In this document: in pieces, positions 18,850 to 28,767 of the stretch
How the letters are laid out: every line of letters starts with the position of its first letter
Numbering within the stretch: position 1 is the stretch's first letter
Source: Acidimicrobiales bacterium
GTDB lineage: Bacteria > Actinomycetota > Acidimicrobiia > Acidimicrobiales > VFJN01
NCBI GenBank assembly: GCA_035697515.1
Contig: DASSCS010000134.1
Location: 15,286 to 79,285, forward strand
Direction of reading: 5' to 3'
Length of the DNA: 64,000 bases
Notes under the pieces: model-generated
Seen by the model: the letters and a program-made list of their open reading frames with translations, nothing else
Database searches by the model: none
What the model was told of the DNA's origin: nothing
Program-made: the position numbers and the translations under genes

Positions 18850-18952
18850 CGATCGACGTACCTCACTCGCGTTCGGACCCCGCGCCTGACCGAAAACGCG
18901 ATTGGGCACCGGAGTGCAAGCCGAGGCCACACCCGCTCTGACCGCGTTTGCG

Positions 18953-19028
18953 TGGTGGGCCCGGTGGGGATCGAACCCACGACCTAGCGATTATGAGTCG
19001 CCTGCTCTGACCACTGAGCTACAGGCCC
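18953..19028 (-). tRNA. tRNA with CAT anticodon, most likely tRNA-Ile2 (lysidine)
   Basis: 76-nt cloverleaf GGGCCTGTAGCTCAG...CTCATAA...TTCGAT...GGGCCCACCA; G1-C72 pair and no three consecutive G-C pairs in the anticodon stem, so not fMet. Confidence 0.9.
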
Positions 19029-19039
19029 GGGTCGTGAAC

Positions 19040-19115
19040 TGGCTCCGGGGGTGGGGCTCGAACCCACGACCCACGGATTAACAATCCGTTGCTCTGCCAA
19101 CTGAGCTACCCCGGA
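19040..19115 (-). tRNA. tRNA-Asn (GTT)
   Basis: 76-nt cloverleaf TCCGGGGTAGCTCAG...ACGGA TT GTT AA TCCGT...TTCGAG...GGAGCCA. Confidence 0.96.
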
Positions 19116-19126
19116 AGGGAAGTCGA

Positions 19127-19135
19127 ACCATAGCA
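19127..19135 (-). promoter_or_regulatory. Extended -10 (TGC-TATGGT) of the tRNA-Asn/tRNA-Ile2 operon
   Basis: TGn-TAnnnT located 11 nt upstream of the mature tRNA-Asn 5' end. Confidence 0.55.
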
Positions 19136-19208
19136 GGGCGGCGACGCGTCCCATGACCACCCCGGCGGCACTGTCAGGGCGTTCCACCGGGTACGCAGGA
19201 CTCGGGGA

Positions 19209-20557
<1,349 letters not shown>

Positions 20558-20561
<4 letters not shown>

Positions 20562-22588
20562 CCCCCGTCTCGATCCTGGTCTGCCAGCCAGGCTAGCAAC
20601 CGGTCGGCCGATACGGCCGCGGTTTGACCGTTGCGCAGGCCGTCGATGATCCGTGTCAGCGTCGCCAGGTCGGTCAGCGCGCGGGTGCCGTCGGCATCGG
20701 TCGCGGCCTCCAGTCGCACCGCGGCGATCTCTCGCCGGGCCACCTCCATGTGCAGCAGGCGCACGGCGTCGAGGGCCTGCGACTCGGGCTCGGTGACCAG
20801 CAGGCGGGCCAGCAGATCGGCCACCGGGGGCCCGGCCGAGGCCAGCGCGTCGGCGTGGGTCTCGGCCGCCAGCAGCGCCTGGTAGGCACCCAGCTGGACG
20901 GGATCGTCGAACAGCTCCGGGCCCAGCCACCGGGCGACGGCGCCGGGGTCGTGCACGGCGTGCCGCAACACCTCGAGCGCCGGGCCGTCACGCGCCGGCT
21001 CCGTGATGCCGCGCCGACCGGGGCGGGACCGGTCTCGACCGCTCGGTGCACGGTCCGCGGGCGAGGCCGGGCCGGACCCGTCCGCGCCGTCGCCGTCGGG
21101 CCTGTTCTCGACCACCCGCCCGCCGGTGTCGCCCCCGAACCAGGGCGCCCCGGCCGCGGGCCCGGACCGCACCGACCCGTTGCGGCGGGAGGCACCGTCG
21201 TCACCCCCCGACCCGCCCGGACCGGACGGCTCGCCGGGGCCGCGGCCACCCGTCCGGCGGCGGCCGCCCTCGTCGGGGTGGCGGCGGGCGGGACGGCGAC
21301 GCACGTGGTCGAGCAGGGTGCGCAGGCGGTCCGGCTCGACCCGGCAGCGCGAGGCCACGTCCATCAAGTACTGGTCGCGCACCAGGTCGGTCGGGTGCTC
21401 GGCGACGATCTCGAGCGCCCGCTCGGCCGCCCGGGCCCGCCCCTCGTTGCTGGCCAGGTCGGCGGCGGCGAAGGCCCGGTCGAGGCGGAAGCGCAGGAAG
21501 GGCGTGGCGCCGTCGACCGCGGCCTTGAGCCGGTCGGGGCCGGACCGGGCCACGTCGGCCGGGTCCTGGCCCGGCGGCAGGTCGGCGACGGCCACCTGCA
21601 GGTCGTGCTCGCGCTCCCACCGGTAGAAGCGCTCGGCCGCCGCCTGGCCGGCGGCGTCGGCGTCGAAGGCGAGGACGAGACGCCGGGCGGCGAAGCGCGT
21701 GAGCAGCCGGACGTGCTCGTCGGTGAGCGCCGTGCCGCAGGTGGCCACGGCCAGGGGCACGCCGGCACGGTGGAAGCCGATGACGTCGGTGTAGCCCTCG
21801 CAGATGACGGCCGTGCCGGCCGTGACGATCGAGGTCTTGGCCCGGTCGAGCCCGTACAGCACCTTGGACTTGTTGTAGAGCGGCGTCTCGGTCGTGTTCT
21901 TGTACTTGCCCTGGTTGCCCGGGCTCTCGCCGCCGGGCAGGATGCGCCCGCCGAAGCTGATGGGGTCGCCCCGGTCGTCGTAGATCGGGAACAGGATGCG
22001 GGCCCGGAAGTGGTCGTTCAGCCGGCCCCGGCTGTTCACGCGGGCGAGGCCGGTGCCCTCGCCCAGGTCCTTGTCGAGCCGCAGCGCCCGGGTGAGCGCG
22101 TCCCACGCGTCGGGCGCCCAGCCGATCTGGAAGTCGCGCACCACGTCGCCGTCGAGCCCCCGCTCGCGCAGGTAGCTGCGGGCGGCGCCGGCGTCGGAGC
22201 CCGAAAGGAGCCGCTCGTGGTACCAGGCCACGGCGCGGGCCATGGTGTCGACGAGCTTGGCCCGCCGCTTGCGGCTCTCGCCCTCGTTGCGGTCGGTGTA
22301 GCGCAGGGTGACCCCGGCCTTGCCCGCCAGCCGCTCGACCGCCGTGGGGAAGTCGACCTGCTCCTTCTGCATGACGAAGTCGAAGACGTCGCCCTGGGCC
22401 TGGCAGCCGAAGCAGTAGAAGACGTTCTCGTTGGGGTTGACCGAGAACGACGCGGTCTTCTCGGTGTGGAACGGGCACAGCCCGGTCCACTGCCGCCCGA
22501 CCCGCCGCAGCGGCGTGTACTCGGTGACGATGGCCACGATGTCGGACGCGGCCCGTACCGCAGCGACGTCCTCGTCGTGGATGCCCAT
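20558..22588 (-). CDS. dnaG: DNA primase
   Basis: Zn ribbon CPFH...[30 protein letters not shown] and FDADAAG. Confidence 0.97.
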
Positions 22589-22598
22589 CGGGGCGAGA

Positions 22599-23411
22599 TT
22601 ACCGGCGGGGGCGCCCGGGCTTGAGCTTGTCGACCAGGTCGTCGCGCAGGCCCTTCACCTCGGCCGACACCTGGGCCTTGACATCGTCCTTGGCCGCCTT
22701 GACCTGCGCCTTGACATCGGCCTTGGCCGCCTTCAGATCGGCCTTGGTCTCGTCGACCGGGCCGCGGGCCTGGGCCTTGAACTCGTCGCGCATGCGGGCG
22801 AGCTCTTCCTTGAGCCGAGTGATCTCCTGGCGGTTGGCCTCGAAGTGCTCCTTCCAGCCGCCGCCGGCGGGCCCGTGGCCGCCGCGTCCGCCGACGCCCC
22901 GGTGCTGGCGGGTGCGCTGGGCGGCCAACCTGCGGGCGGCCACGCGGATGTCGGGCTGGTCGAGCAGCGTCTCGTCGTGCTCGGCCTGGGCCGTGGCCAT
23001 CCTGGTGAGCAGGCGGGCGAGCGTGACCTGCTCGCTCGGCGTCAGGGCGTCGAAGCCGGCCCGCGGGCCGTAGGCCATCTCCAACCCCAACTCACGGGCG
23101 TCGATGCCCTCCGGGGTCAGCTCGACGGTCTTGATGCGCCGGTCGTGCGGCGCCACCCGGCGCTCGGCGTAGCCGGCGGCCTCGAGCCCGTCGGTGACGA
23201 TGGTGACGAACGATGCGTCGCAGCCCCACTGATCGGCCAGCTCGCGCATGGACACGCGCTCGCCGGGATCGAGCGAGATGAGGGCCTTGAGCGCCGGCGG
23301 CTGGAGCCCCAGCTCGTCGGCGGCGCCGTGGAACTTGGCCTGGTTCTCGGCCGAGAAGAAGAGCTGGGTCACCGCCTCGGTGATCAGCCGGGCTGCCTCC
23401 TCTCGTTCCAT
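22599..23411 (-). CDS. MarR family regulator with long C-terminal helical-repeat extension
   Basis: wHTH SMRELADQWGCDASFVTIVTDGLEAAGYAERR...DRRIKTVELT; ~110-aa extra tail. Confidence 0.85.
   Translation of the reverse strand: MEREEAARLITEAVTQLFFSAENQAKFHGAADELGLQPPALKALISLDPGERVSMRELADQWGCDASFVTIVTDGLEAAGYAERRVAPHDRRIKTVELTPEGIDARELGLEMAYGPRAGFDALTPSEQVTLARLLTRMATAQAEHDETLLDQPDIRVAARRLAAQRTRQHRGVGGRGGHGPAGGGWKEHFEANRQEITRLKEELARMRDEFKAQARGPVDETKADLKAAKADVKAQVKAAKDDVKAQVSAEVKGLRDDLVDKLKPGRPRR
22671..22736 (-). repeat. Two tandem 33-bp units (28/33 identical) encoding 11-mer peptide repeats
   Basis: ctgggccttgacatcgtccttggccgccttgac followed by ctgcgccttgacatcggccttggccgccttcag. Confidence 0.85.
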
Positions 23412-23469
23412 GGCCGGAGGTTACCCGCGCAAGCACTTCGTTGCCCGGCTCGATGGTTGTGACATCTGT

Positions 23470-23491
23470 ATCGTTGACTTGACTCAATGAT
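23470..23491. promoter_or_regulatory. Candidate MarR operator ATCGTTGA-N6-TCAATGAT
   Basis: AT-rich inverted repeat (7/8 match) between the divergent marR and ABC genes. Confidence 0.5.
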
Positions 23492-23510
23492 TGGCGCGAG
23501 GGTGGCCGGC

Positions 23511-24509
23511 ATGACGTCCCCCGCCATCCCGCCGGCCATCAGGGTGCAGGGCCTGACCAAGCGCTTCGGCGAGGTCGAGGCCCTGCGCGGCATCGACCTG
23601 ACCGTCGCGCCGGGCACGGTCCTCGGCCTGCTCGGCCCCAACGGTGCCGGCAAGACCACTGCCGTGCGCATCCTCACGACCATCCTCCGTCCCGACGGTG
23701 GCCGGGCCGAGGTGCTCGGCCTCGACGTCGCCGACCACCCGCAGGCGGTGCGCGAGAGCATCGGCCTGGCCGGGCAGTACGCCGCGGTCGACGAGAACCT
23801 CACCGGCCGCGAGAACCTGCGGCTCATCGGCCGCCTCGCGCACCTGCCTCGGGCGCAGCTGCGTCCCCGGGCCGACGAGCTGCTCGACCGCTTCGGCCTG
23901 ACCGACGCCGCCGACCGCCCGGCCAAGACCTACTCGGGCGGCATGCGCCGCCGGCTCGATCTGGCCGCCGCCCTCGTGCACCGCCCGCCGGTCCTGTTCC
24001 TCGATGAGCCCACCACCGGGCTCGACCCGGCCAGCCGCAGCGACCTGTGGCAGGTCATCGGCGAGCTGGTGGCCGAGGGCACCACCCTGCTGCTCACCAC
24101 CCAGTACCTCGAGGAGGCCGACAGGCTGGCCGACCGTGTCGCCGTCATCGACCACGGCGAGGTCATCGCCGAGGGCACGCCCACCGAGCTCAAGTCCCGG
24201 CTGGGCGGCACGGTCGTCGACCTCACCCTGCCCGACCCGGCGGCCGCGGTCCGGGCGTCGGCCCGTCTCGCCTCGGCGCTGGGCGTCGAGGCCCGCCTCG
24301 ACGGCAGCGACCTCGAGGTCACGGTGCCCGACGGTTCCCGCACCGTCGTCGAGGTGATGCGCGTGCTCGACGCCGCCGGCCTGGCCCCTGTGGGCCTGGC
24401 CGTGCGCGAGCCCAGCCTCGACGACGTGTTCCTGTCGCTCACCGGCCACCGCACCGAGGCCGACGACCGGCCCGAGGGCGCCGACTCACTCCAGCGAGGT
24501 GCCGCATGA
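23511..24509 (+). CDS. ABC exporter ATP-binding subunit, DrrA-like
   Basis: GPNGAGKT, YSGGMRRRLDLA, LFLDEPTTGLDP, LLTTQYLEEAD. Confidence 0.93.
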   Translation: MTSPAIPPAIRVQGLTKRFGEVEALRGIDLTVAPGTVLGLLGPNGAGKTTAVRILTTILRPDGGRAEVLGLDVADHPQAVRESIGLAGQYAAVDENLTGRENLRLIGRLAHLPRAQLRPRADELLDRFGLTDAADRPAKTYSGGMRRRLDLAAALVHRPPVLFLDEPTTGLDPASRSDLWQVIGELVAEGTTLLLTTQYLEEADRLADRVAVIDHGEVIAEGTPTELKSRLGGTVVDLTLPDPAAAVRASARLASALGVEARLDGSDLEVTVPDGSRTVVEVMRVLDAAGLAPVGLAVREPSLDDVFLSLTGHRTEADDRPEGADSLQRGAA

Positions 24510-25360
24510 CCGCCACGACCTTCCCCTCCCCCGTCGCGCCGGCACCCGTCGCGCCGGCGCCCGTCGCTCCCGGCACCACGCGCAGCCGCAGCCCCCGGGG
24601 CTACGCCGTGGGCGACGCGTTGGCGGTCGCCTGGCGCAACCTGCTCGCCTACGTGCGCCTGCCCGAGCTGCTGGTGTTCTCCACCATCCAGCCGGTCATG
24701 TTCGTGCTGCTGTTCCGCTACGTGTTCGGCAACTCGATCGCCCTGTCCGACCCGTCGATCGCGTATGTCGACTACCTGATGCCCGGCATCATCGTGCAGA
24801 CGGCCGTGTTCGGGGCGGCGGGCACGGGCATCGGGCTGGCCGAGGACATGGCCAAGGGGCTGATCGAGCGGTTCCGGTCGCTGCCCATGGCCCGCTCTGC
24901 CGTGCTGGCCGGGCGCACCATGGCCGACTCGGTGCGCAACGTGTTCGTGATGGTGCTGATCACCGTCGTCGGCGTCGCCGTCGGCTTCCGCATCCACGGT
25001 GGCGTGCCCGCCTACATGCTGGCGCTCGGCCTCGTGCTGCTGTTCGCCTTCGCCCTGTCGTGGGTGGTGGCGACGATCGGGCTCGGCGCCCCCAACGGCG
25101 AGGCGGCGCAGGCGGCGATCTTCCCCATGCTGTTCCCGCTCACGTTCGCCTCGTCGGCCTTCGTCGACACGTCGTTCATGCCCGGGTGGCTGCAGGTGTT
25201 CGCCAACCACCAGCCCGTCACCGTCACCGTGAACGCCACCCGCGACCTGGTGCTCGGCCAGCCGGTCGGCTGGGGCGTCGGTGCCTCGGTCGCCTGGTCG
25301 CTGGGCATCGTGGCGGTCTTCGGTCCCCTGGCCGTGCGGCGCTACCGCAGGGCGGCCTGA
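24506..25360 (+). CDS. ABC-2 type permease, DrrB-like
   Basis: Six TM helices, QPVMFVLLFRYVFG, ERFRSLPMARSAVL; ATGA overlap. Confidence 0.92.
   Translation: MTATTFPSPVAPAPVAPAPVAPGTTRSRSPRGYAVGDALAVAWRNLLAYVRLPELLVFSTIQPVMFVLLFRYVFGNSIALSDPSIAYVDYLMPGIIVQTAVFGAAGTGIGLAEDMAKGLIERFRSLPMARSAVLAGRTMADSVRNVFVMVLITVVGVAVGFRIHGGVPAYMLALGLVLLFAFALSWVVATIGLGAPNGEAAQAAIFPMLFPLTFASSAFVDTSFMPGWLQVFANHQPVTVTVNATRDLVLGQPVGWGVGASVAWSLGIVAVFGPLAVRRYRRAA
24530..24574 (+). repeat. 15-bp tandem repeat x3 (PVAPA/PVAPG)
   Basis: cccgtcgcgccggca cccgtcgcgccggcg cccgtcgctcccggc. Confidence 0.75.
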
Positions 25361-25380
25361 CCTCCGCCTGCGCCGCCCCA

Positions 25381-25468
25381 CCGGCCGGGCCGTCCCCCCG
25401 CCTGACGGTCCGGCCGGCCCCCTCGCAGGGCGGGCACCCGTGACGCGGCGGTCGCGGGTGCCCGCCCT
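25381..25468. terminator. Two adjacent GC-rich hairpins after the permease gene
   Basis: Stems 25381-25394/25404-25417 (one G-U) and 25427-25440/25455-25468 (perfect 14 bp). Confidence 0.5.
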
Positions 25469-25520
25469 CGAACCGCGCCCGAGGGCCTGGCAAACTGGCA
25501 TCGCGAGCGGAGGTGGCGAC

Positions 25521-26576
25521 ATGGACAGGGCAGCACGCGACACAGCGGCGCGCCACCGGGGCGCGCCACCCGTCCTCACGCCGCGGGCGGCATTCGGCTC
25601 GATCGAGGAGCTGGTGGCGGGCGCCACCAGCCGGTGGCCGTTCCGCAACGCGGACGGCAAGTCGGGCTCGGGGTTCGAACGGGTGGTGATCGAGGGCGAG
25701 GCCTATGTCCTCAAGGTCATGCACGTCGACGACGACTGGATCGCCCGTTCGCTCGGCGACCTCACCTGCCGCCAGGTGAGCGTGTGGACCTCGGGCCTGC
25801 TCGACGCCCTGCCGGCGTCGATCGACCACGCGGTCGTCGGCGCCGCCCGGGGGTTCGGCCGCAACGGATGGGGGGCGGCACTGCTGATGCACGACATCGG
25901 CGACCACCTCGTGCCCGAGGGCGACGACCCCGTCCCCGCCGACCAGCACGCGGCGTTCATCGACCACATGGCCGAGCTGTCGGCCCGGTTCTGGGGATGG
26001 ACCGATCACGTGGGCCTGACGCCGCCGACCATCCGCTGGTCGTTCTTCGGCCCCGGCATGCTGGCCTGTGAGCGCGAACTGGGCTGGCCGCACGAGGTGC
26101 CCGCCATCGCCGAGCGGGGCTGGCGGGCCTTCGCCGAGCGGGCGCCCGCCGACGTGGCCGGCGCCGTCGAAGCCGTCCGGCGCGAGCCGTCGCTGCTGGC
26201 CGACGCCGTGGCCGCCACGCCGTCGACCTTCCTGCACGGCGACTGGAAGATGGGCAACCTGGGCAGCCACCCCGACGGGCGCACCATCCTGATCGACTGC
26301 GCCTACCCGGGCGAGGGCCCGGCCTGCCACGAGCTGGGCTGGTACCTGGCCATCAACCGGGCCCGGCTGCCCGAGTCGAAGGAGGACACCATCAACCGCT
26401 TCCGGCGTGGCCTGGCCGACCACGGCGTCGACACGGGGGGCGACTGGTGGGAGCGCCAGCTCGAGCTGTGCCTGCTGGGCACCGCCGTGCAGCTCGGCTG
26501 GGAGAAGGGCCTGGGCGACGACGACGAGCTGGGCTGGTGGACCGACCGGGTGCGCGAGGGCGCCCGCCGCCTGTGA
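25521..26576 (+). CDS. Aminoglycoside phosphotransferase / choline kinase-like phosphotransferase
   Basis: YVLK, Brenner motif HGDWKMGNL, ILID; GGAGGT RBS. Confidence 0.85.
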   Translation: MDRAARDTAARHRGAPPVLTPRAAFGSIEELVAGATSRWPFRNADGKSGSGFERVVIEGEAYVLKVMHVDDDWIARSLGDLTCRQVSVWTSGLLDALPASIDHAVVGAARGFGRNGWGAALLMHDIGDHLVPEGDDPVPADQHAAFIDHMAELSARFWGWTDHVGLTPPTIRWSFFGPGMLACERELGWPHEVPAIAERGWRAFAERAPADVAGAVEAVRREPSLLADAVAATPSTFLHGDWKMGNLGSHPDGRTILIDCAYPGEGPACHELGWYLAINRARLPESKEDTINRFRRGLADHGVDTGGDWWERQLELCLLGTAVQLGWEKGLGDDDELGWWTDRVREGARRL

Positions 26577-27382
26577 CCGCTTCCCCCGACGAGCGGCGCT
26601 TCGTGGCAGCGGTGGCCCGAGCCTACGACCGCACCGGCCAGGCCTGGTCGAAGGGCCCCGAGATCGTGTACGACCGGCTCGCCCGGGCCATCGTGGCCGA
26701 GTCGCCCGTGCCGCTGGTCGGCCGCACCGTACTCGACGTCGGTGCCGGCACAGGGGCCGCTTCGCTGGCGGCCATGGCCGCCGGCGCGCGGGTCGTCGCC
26801 GTCGACGTCGCGCCCGGGATGCTGCGGGCCAACCGGGCCCAGGTGGCTGGCGCCCTCGTGGCCGATGCCGCGACGCTGCCCCTCGCCGGCGCCAGCGTCG
26901 ACGGGCTGGTGGCCGCCTATTCGTTCAACCACCTGCCCGACCCGGCGGCCGGGTTCCGGGAGGCGGCCCGGGTGTGCCGGCCCGGCTCGCCGGTGCTGGT
27001 GAGCGCGTACGCCGCCGACGACGACCACCCGGCCAAGGTGGCGGTCGATCAGGCGGCCGCGGCCGAGGGCTGGGCGCCCGACGCCTGGTACCTCGACCTG
27101 CGCGCCAGCGTCGTCGGCCGGCTGGCCACGGTCGAGGGCATGGCCGCAGGCGCGGCGGGCAGCGGCCTCCGGGGCCAGGCCCGGCGCCTGGTGGTCGACC
27201 TGCCCGACCTCGTGCCCGAAGCGATGGTGGGGTGGCGCATGGGCATGGCCCAGCTGGCGCCGTTCCTGGCCACCGTCGACGCCGCCACCCGCCGACGCGT
27301 GGCCGAGCGGGCGCTCGCGGCCCTCGGGCCAACGCCCCCGCCGCTGCGCCGCTCGACCATCCTCTACACCGGCTCGGCCTGA
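26573..27382 (+). CDS. Class I SAM-dependent methyltransferase
   Basis: VLDVGAGTG, VAVDVAPGML, ADAATLPL; GTGA overlap with the phosphotransferase. Confidence 0.9.
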   Translation: MTASPDERRFVAAVARAYDRTGQAWSKGPEIVYDRLARAIVAESPVPLVGRTVLDVGAGTGAASLAAMAAGARVVAVDVAPGMLRANRAQVAGALVADAATLPLAGASVDGLVAAYSFNHLPDPAAGFREAARVCRPGSPVLVSAYAADDDHPAKVAVDQAAAAEGWAPDAWYLDLRASVVGRLATVEGMAAGAAGSGLRGQARRLVVDLPDLVPEAMVGWRMGMAQLAPFLATVDAATRRRVAERALAALGPTPPPLRRSTILYTGSA

Positions 27383-27419
27383 CCCTCCGGACGGGGGTCG
27401 GGCGGCGGGCCGTCGGGGA

Positions 27420-28559
27420 TCAGCCGTCGTGCGGTCGGCCCACGGGCGCGTCCGGGCCTGCGGTCCCGCCGGCGCCATCCCGGGCGGCGCCCGTCCCGTT
27501 GCGTGACACAGCGGGCGGGGCGCCGGCGACGACATCGGCGCCGTCCTGCCCGGACGGGATCGCCCGGCCGGCCTCGTGCTCGCGTGCGTCCTTGCGGATC
27601 GACAGCCAGATGGCGACGCCCAGCACCAGGGCGATGACGCCCAGGCTGAGGGCAGTGGGGATGTGGTACCACTCGGCCACGATCATCTTGACGCCCACGA
27701 AGGCGAGGATGACGGCCAGGCCCTCCTGCAGCAGGCTGAACTTGTCGCGCAGGTCGGCCAGCAGGAAGTACAGCGCCCGCAGGCCCAGGATGGCGAAGGC
27801 GTTGGAGCTGAACACGATGAACTGCTCGCGGCTGACGGCCAGGATGGCGGGGATCGAGTCGACGGCGAACACCACGTCGCTCGTCTCGATGACGATGAGC
27901 ACGGCCAGCAGCGGCGTGGCCAGCAGCTTGCCCTTGTGCCGGGTGAACATCTTCTGGCCGTCGTACTCGGACGTCGACGGTATGACCCTCCGCACCAGGC
28001 GCAGCACCGGGTTGTTCTCCGGGTGCACCTCCTCGTCGTCGCCGTGGCGCAGCATGCGGGCGGCGGTGACCAGCAGGAAGGCCCCGAACACGAACAGCAT
28101 CCACTCGAAGCGCTCGAGCAGGGCGACACCGGCGAAGATGAACACGAAGCGCAGCACGAGGGCCCCGAAGATGCCCCAGAACAGCACCCGGAACTGGTAG
28201 GCGCGGGGCACCGCGAAGTAGCTCATGATGAGCGCCCACACGAACACATTGTCGACGCTCAGGCTCTTCTCGATGAGGTAGCCCGAGATGTACTCGGTGG
28301 CCGCTTGGCCGCCGTGCCAGGCGAGGATCACGCCGGTGAAGGCCACGCCGATGCTGATCCACACCGCCGACTCGACGGCTGCTTCCTTGGTGGTGGGTGC
28401 GTGCGGCTTGCGGTGGACCAGCAGCAGGTCGGCGACCAGCAGCACGGTCACGAAGGCCAGGAACGCCACCCAGATCCAGGGAGCGACCTCGAAGCTGGCG
28501 AAGTTGCCGTCCGGGGATGAGGACTCCTGGGCCAGCACGGCGAGCGACGATGGGGACAC
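27420..28559 (-). CDS. TerC/Alx family membrane protein (probable Mn2+ exporter)
   Basis: YLIEKSLSVDNVFV, YQFRVLFWGIFGALVLR, ETSDVVFAVDSIPAI, SNAFAILGLRALYF. Confidence 0.93.
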   Translation of the reverse strand: MSPSSLAVLAQESSSPDGNFASFEVAPWIWVAFLAFVTVLLVADLLLVHRKPHAPTTKEAAVESAVWISIGVAFTGVILAWHGGQAATEYISGYLIEKSLSVDNVFVWALIMSYFAVPRAYQFRVLFWGIFGALVLRFVFIFAGVALLERFEWMLFVFGAFLLVTAARMLRHGDDEEVHPENNPVLRLVRRVIPSTSEYDGQKMFTRHKGKLLATPLLAVLIVIETSDVVFAVDSIPAILAVSREQFIVFSSNAFAILGLRALYFLLADLRDKFSLLQEGLAVILAFVGVKMIVAEWYHIPTALSLGVIALVLGVAIWLSIRKDAREHEAGRAIPSGQDGADVVAGAPPAVSRNGTGAARDGAGGTAGPDAPVGRPHDG

Positions 28560-28586
28560 GAGTTACCTCCGGCTGTGGACTTCCAG

Positions 28587-28692
28587 CCGAAGGTCTCGCC
28601 CGCCACGAGGGCCGCGGTCACCGGGCCTGCAGGCGGGACACCCTGCTCGGCCGTACTGACGATGATCCACGTTGAGGGCTACTCCCCTTCGG
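28587..28692 (-). ncRNA. yybP-ykoY (Mn2+-sensing) riboswitch
   Basis: GAAGGGGAGUAGC (28678-28690), L3 AUCGUCAGUAC (28653-28663) and GGCGAGACCUUCGG (28587-28600) in canonical order, directly upstream of the terC-family gene. Confidence 0.9.
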
Positions 28693-28767
28693 TCCGCTGG
28701 AGTCTACCTACCCCAGGGGAAAGCCCCGAACCCGCGGAGATCGGTGGTGCGGCAGGCGGCCGGCGCC

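Noticed and set aside
18880-18952. Short repeats (CTGACCG twice; AAACGCG/CGCGTTT) next to the tRNA 3' end as att or arm sites
   Set aside because: Only 7 bp long; no integrase and no duplicate of the tRNA 3' end found in the window.
18953-19028. Calling the CAT tRNA initiator or elongator Met
   Set aside because: It lacks the C1:A72 mismatch and 3GC anticodon stem of fMet; acceptor stem and context favour Ile2, though elongator Met is not fully excluded.
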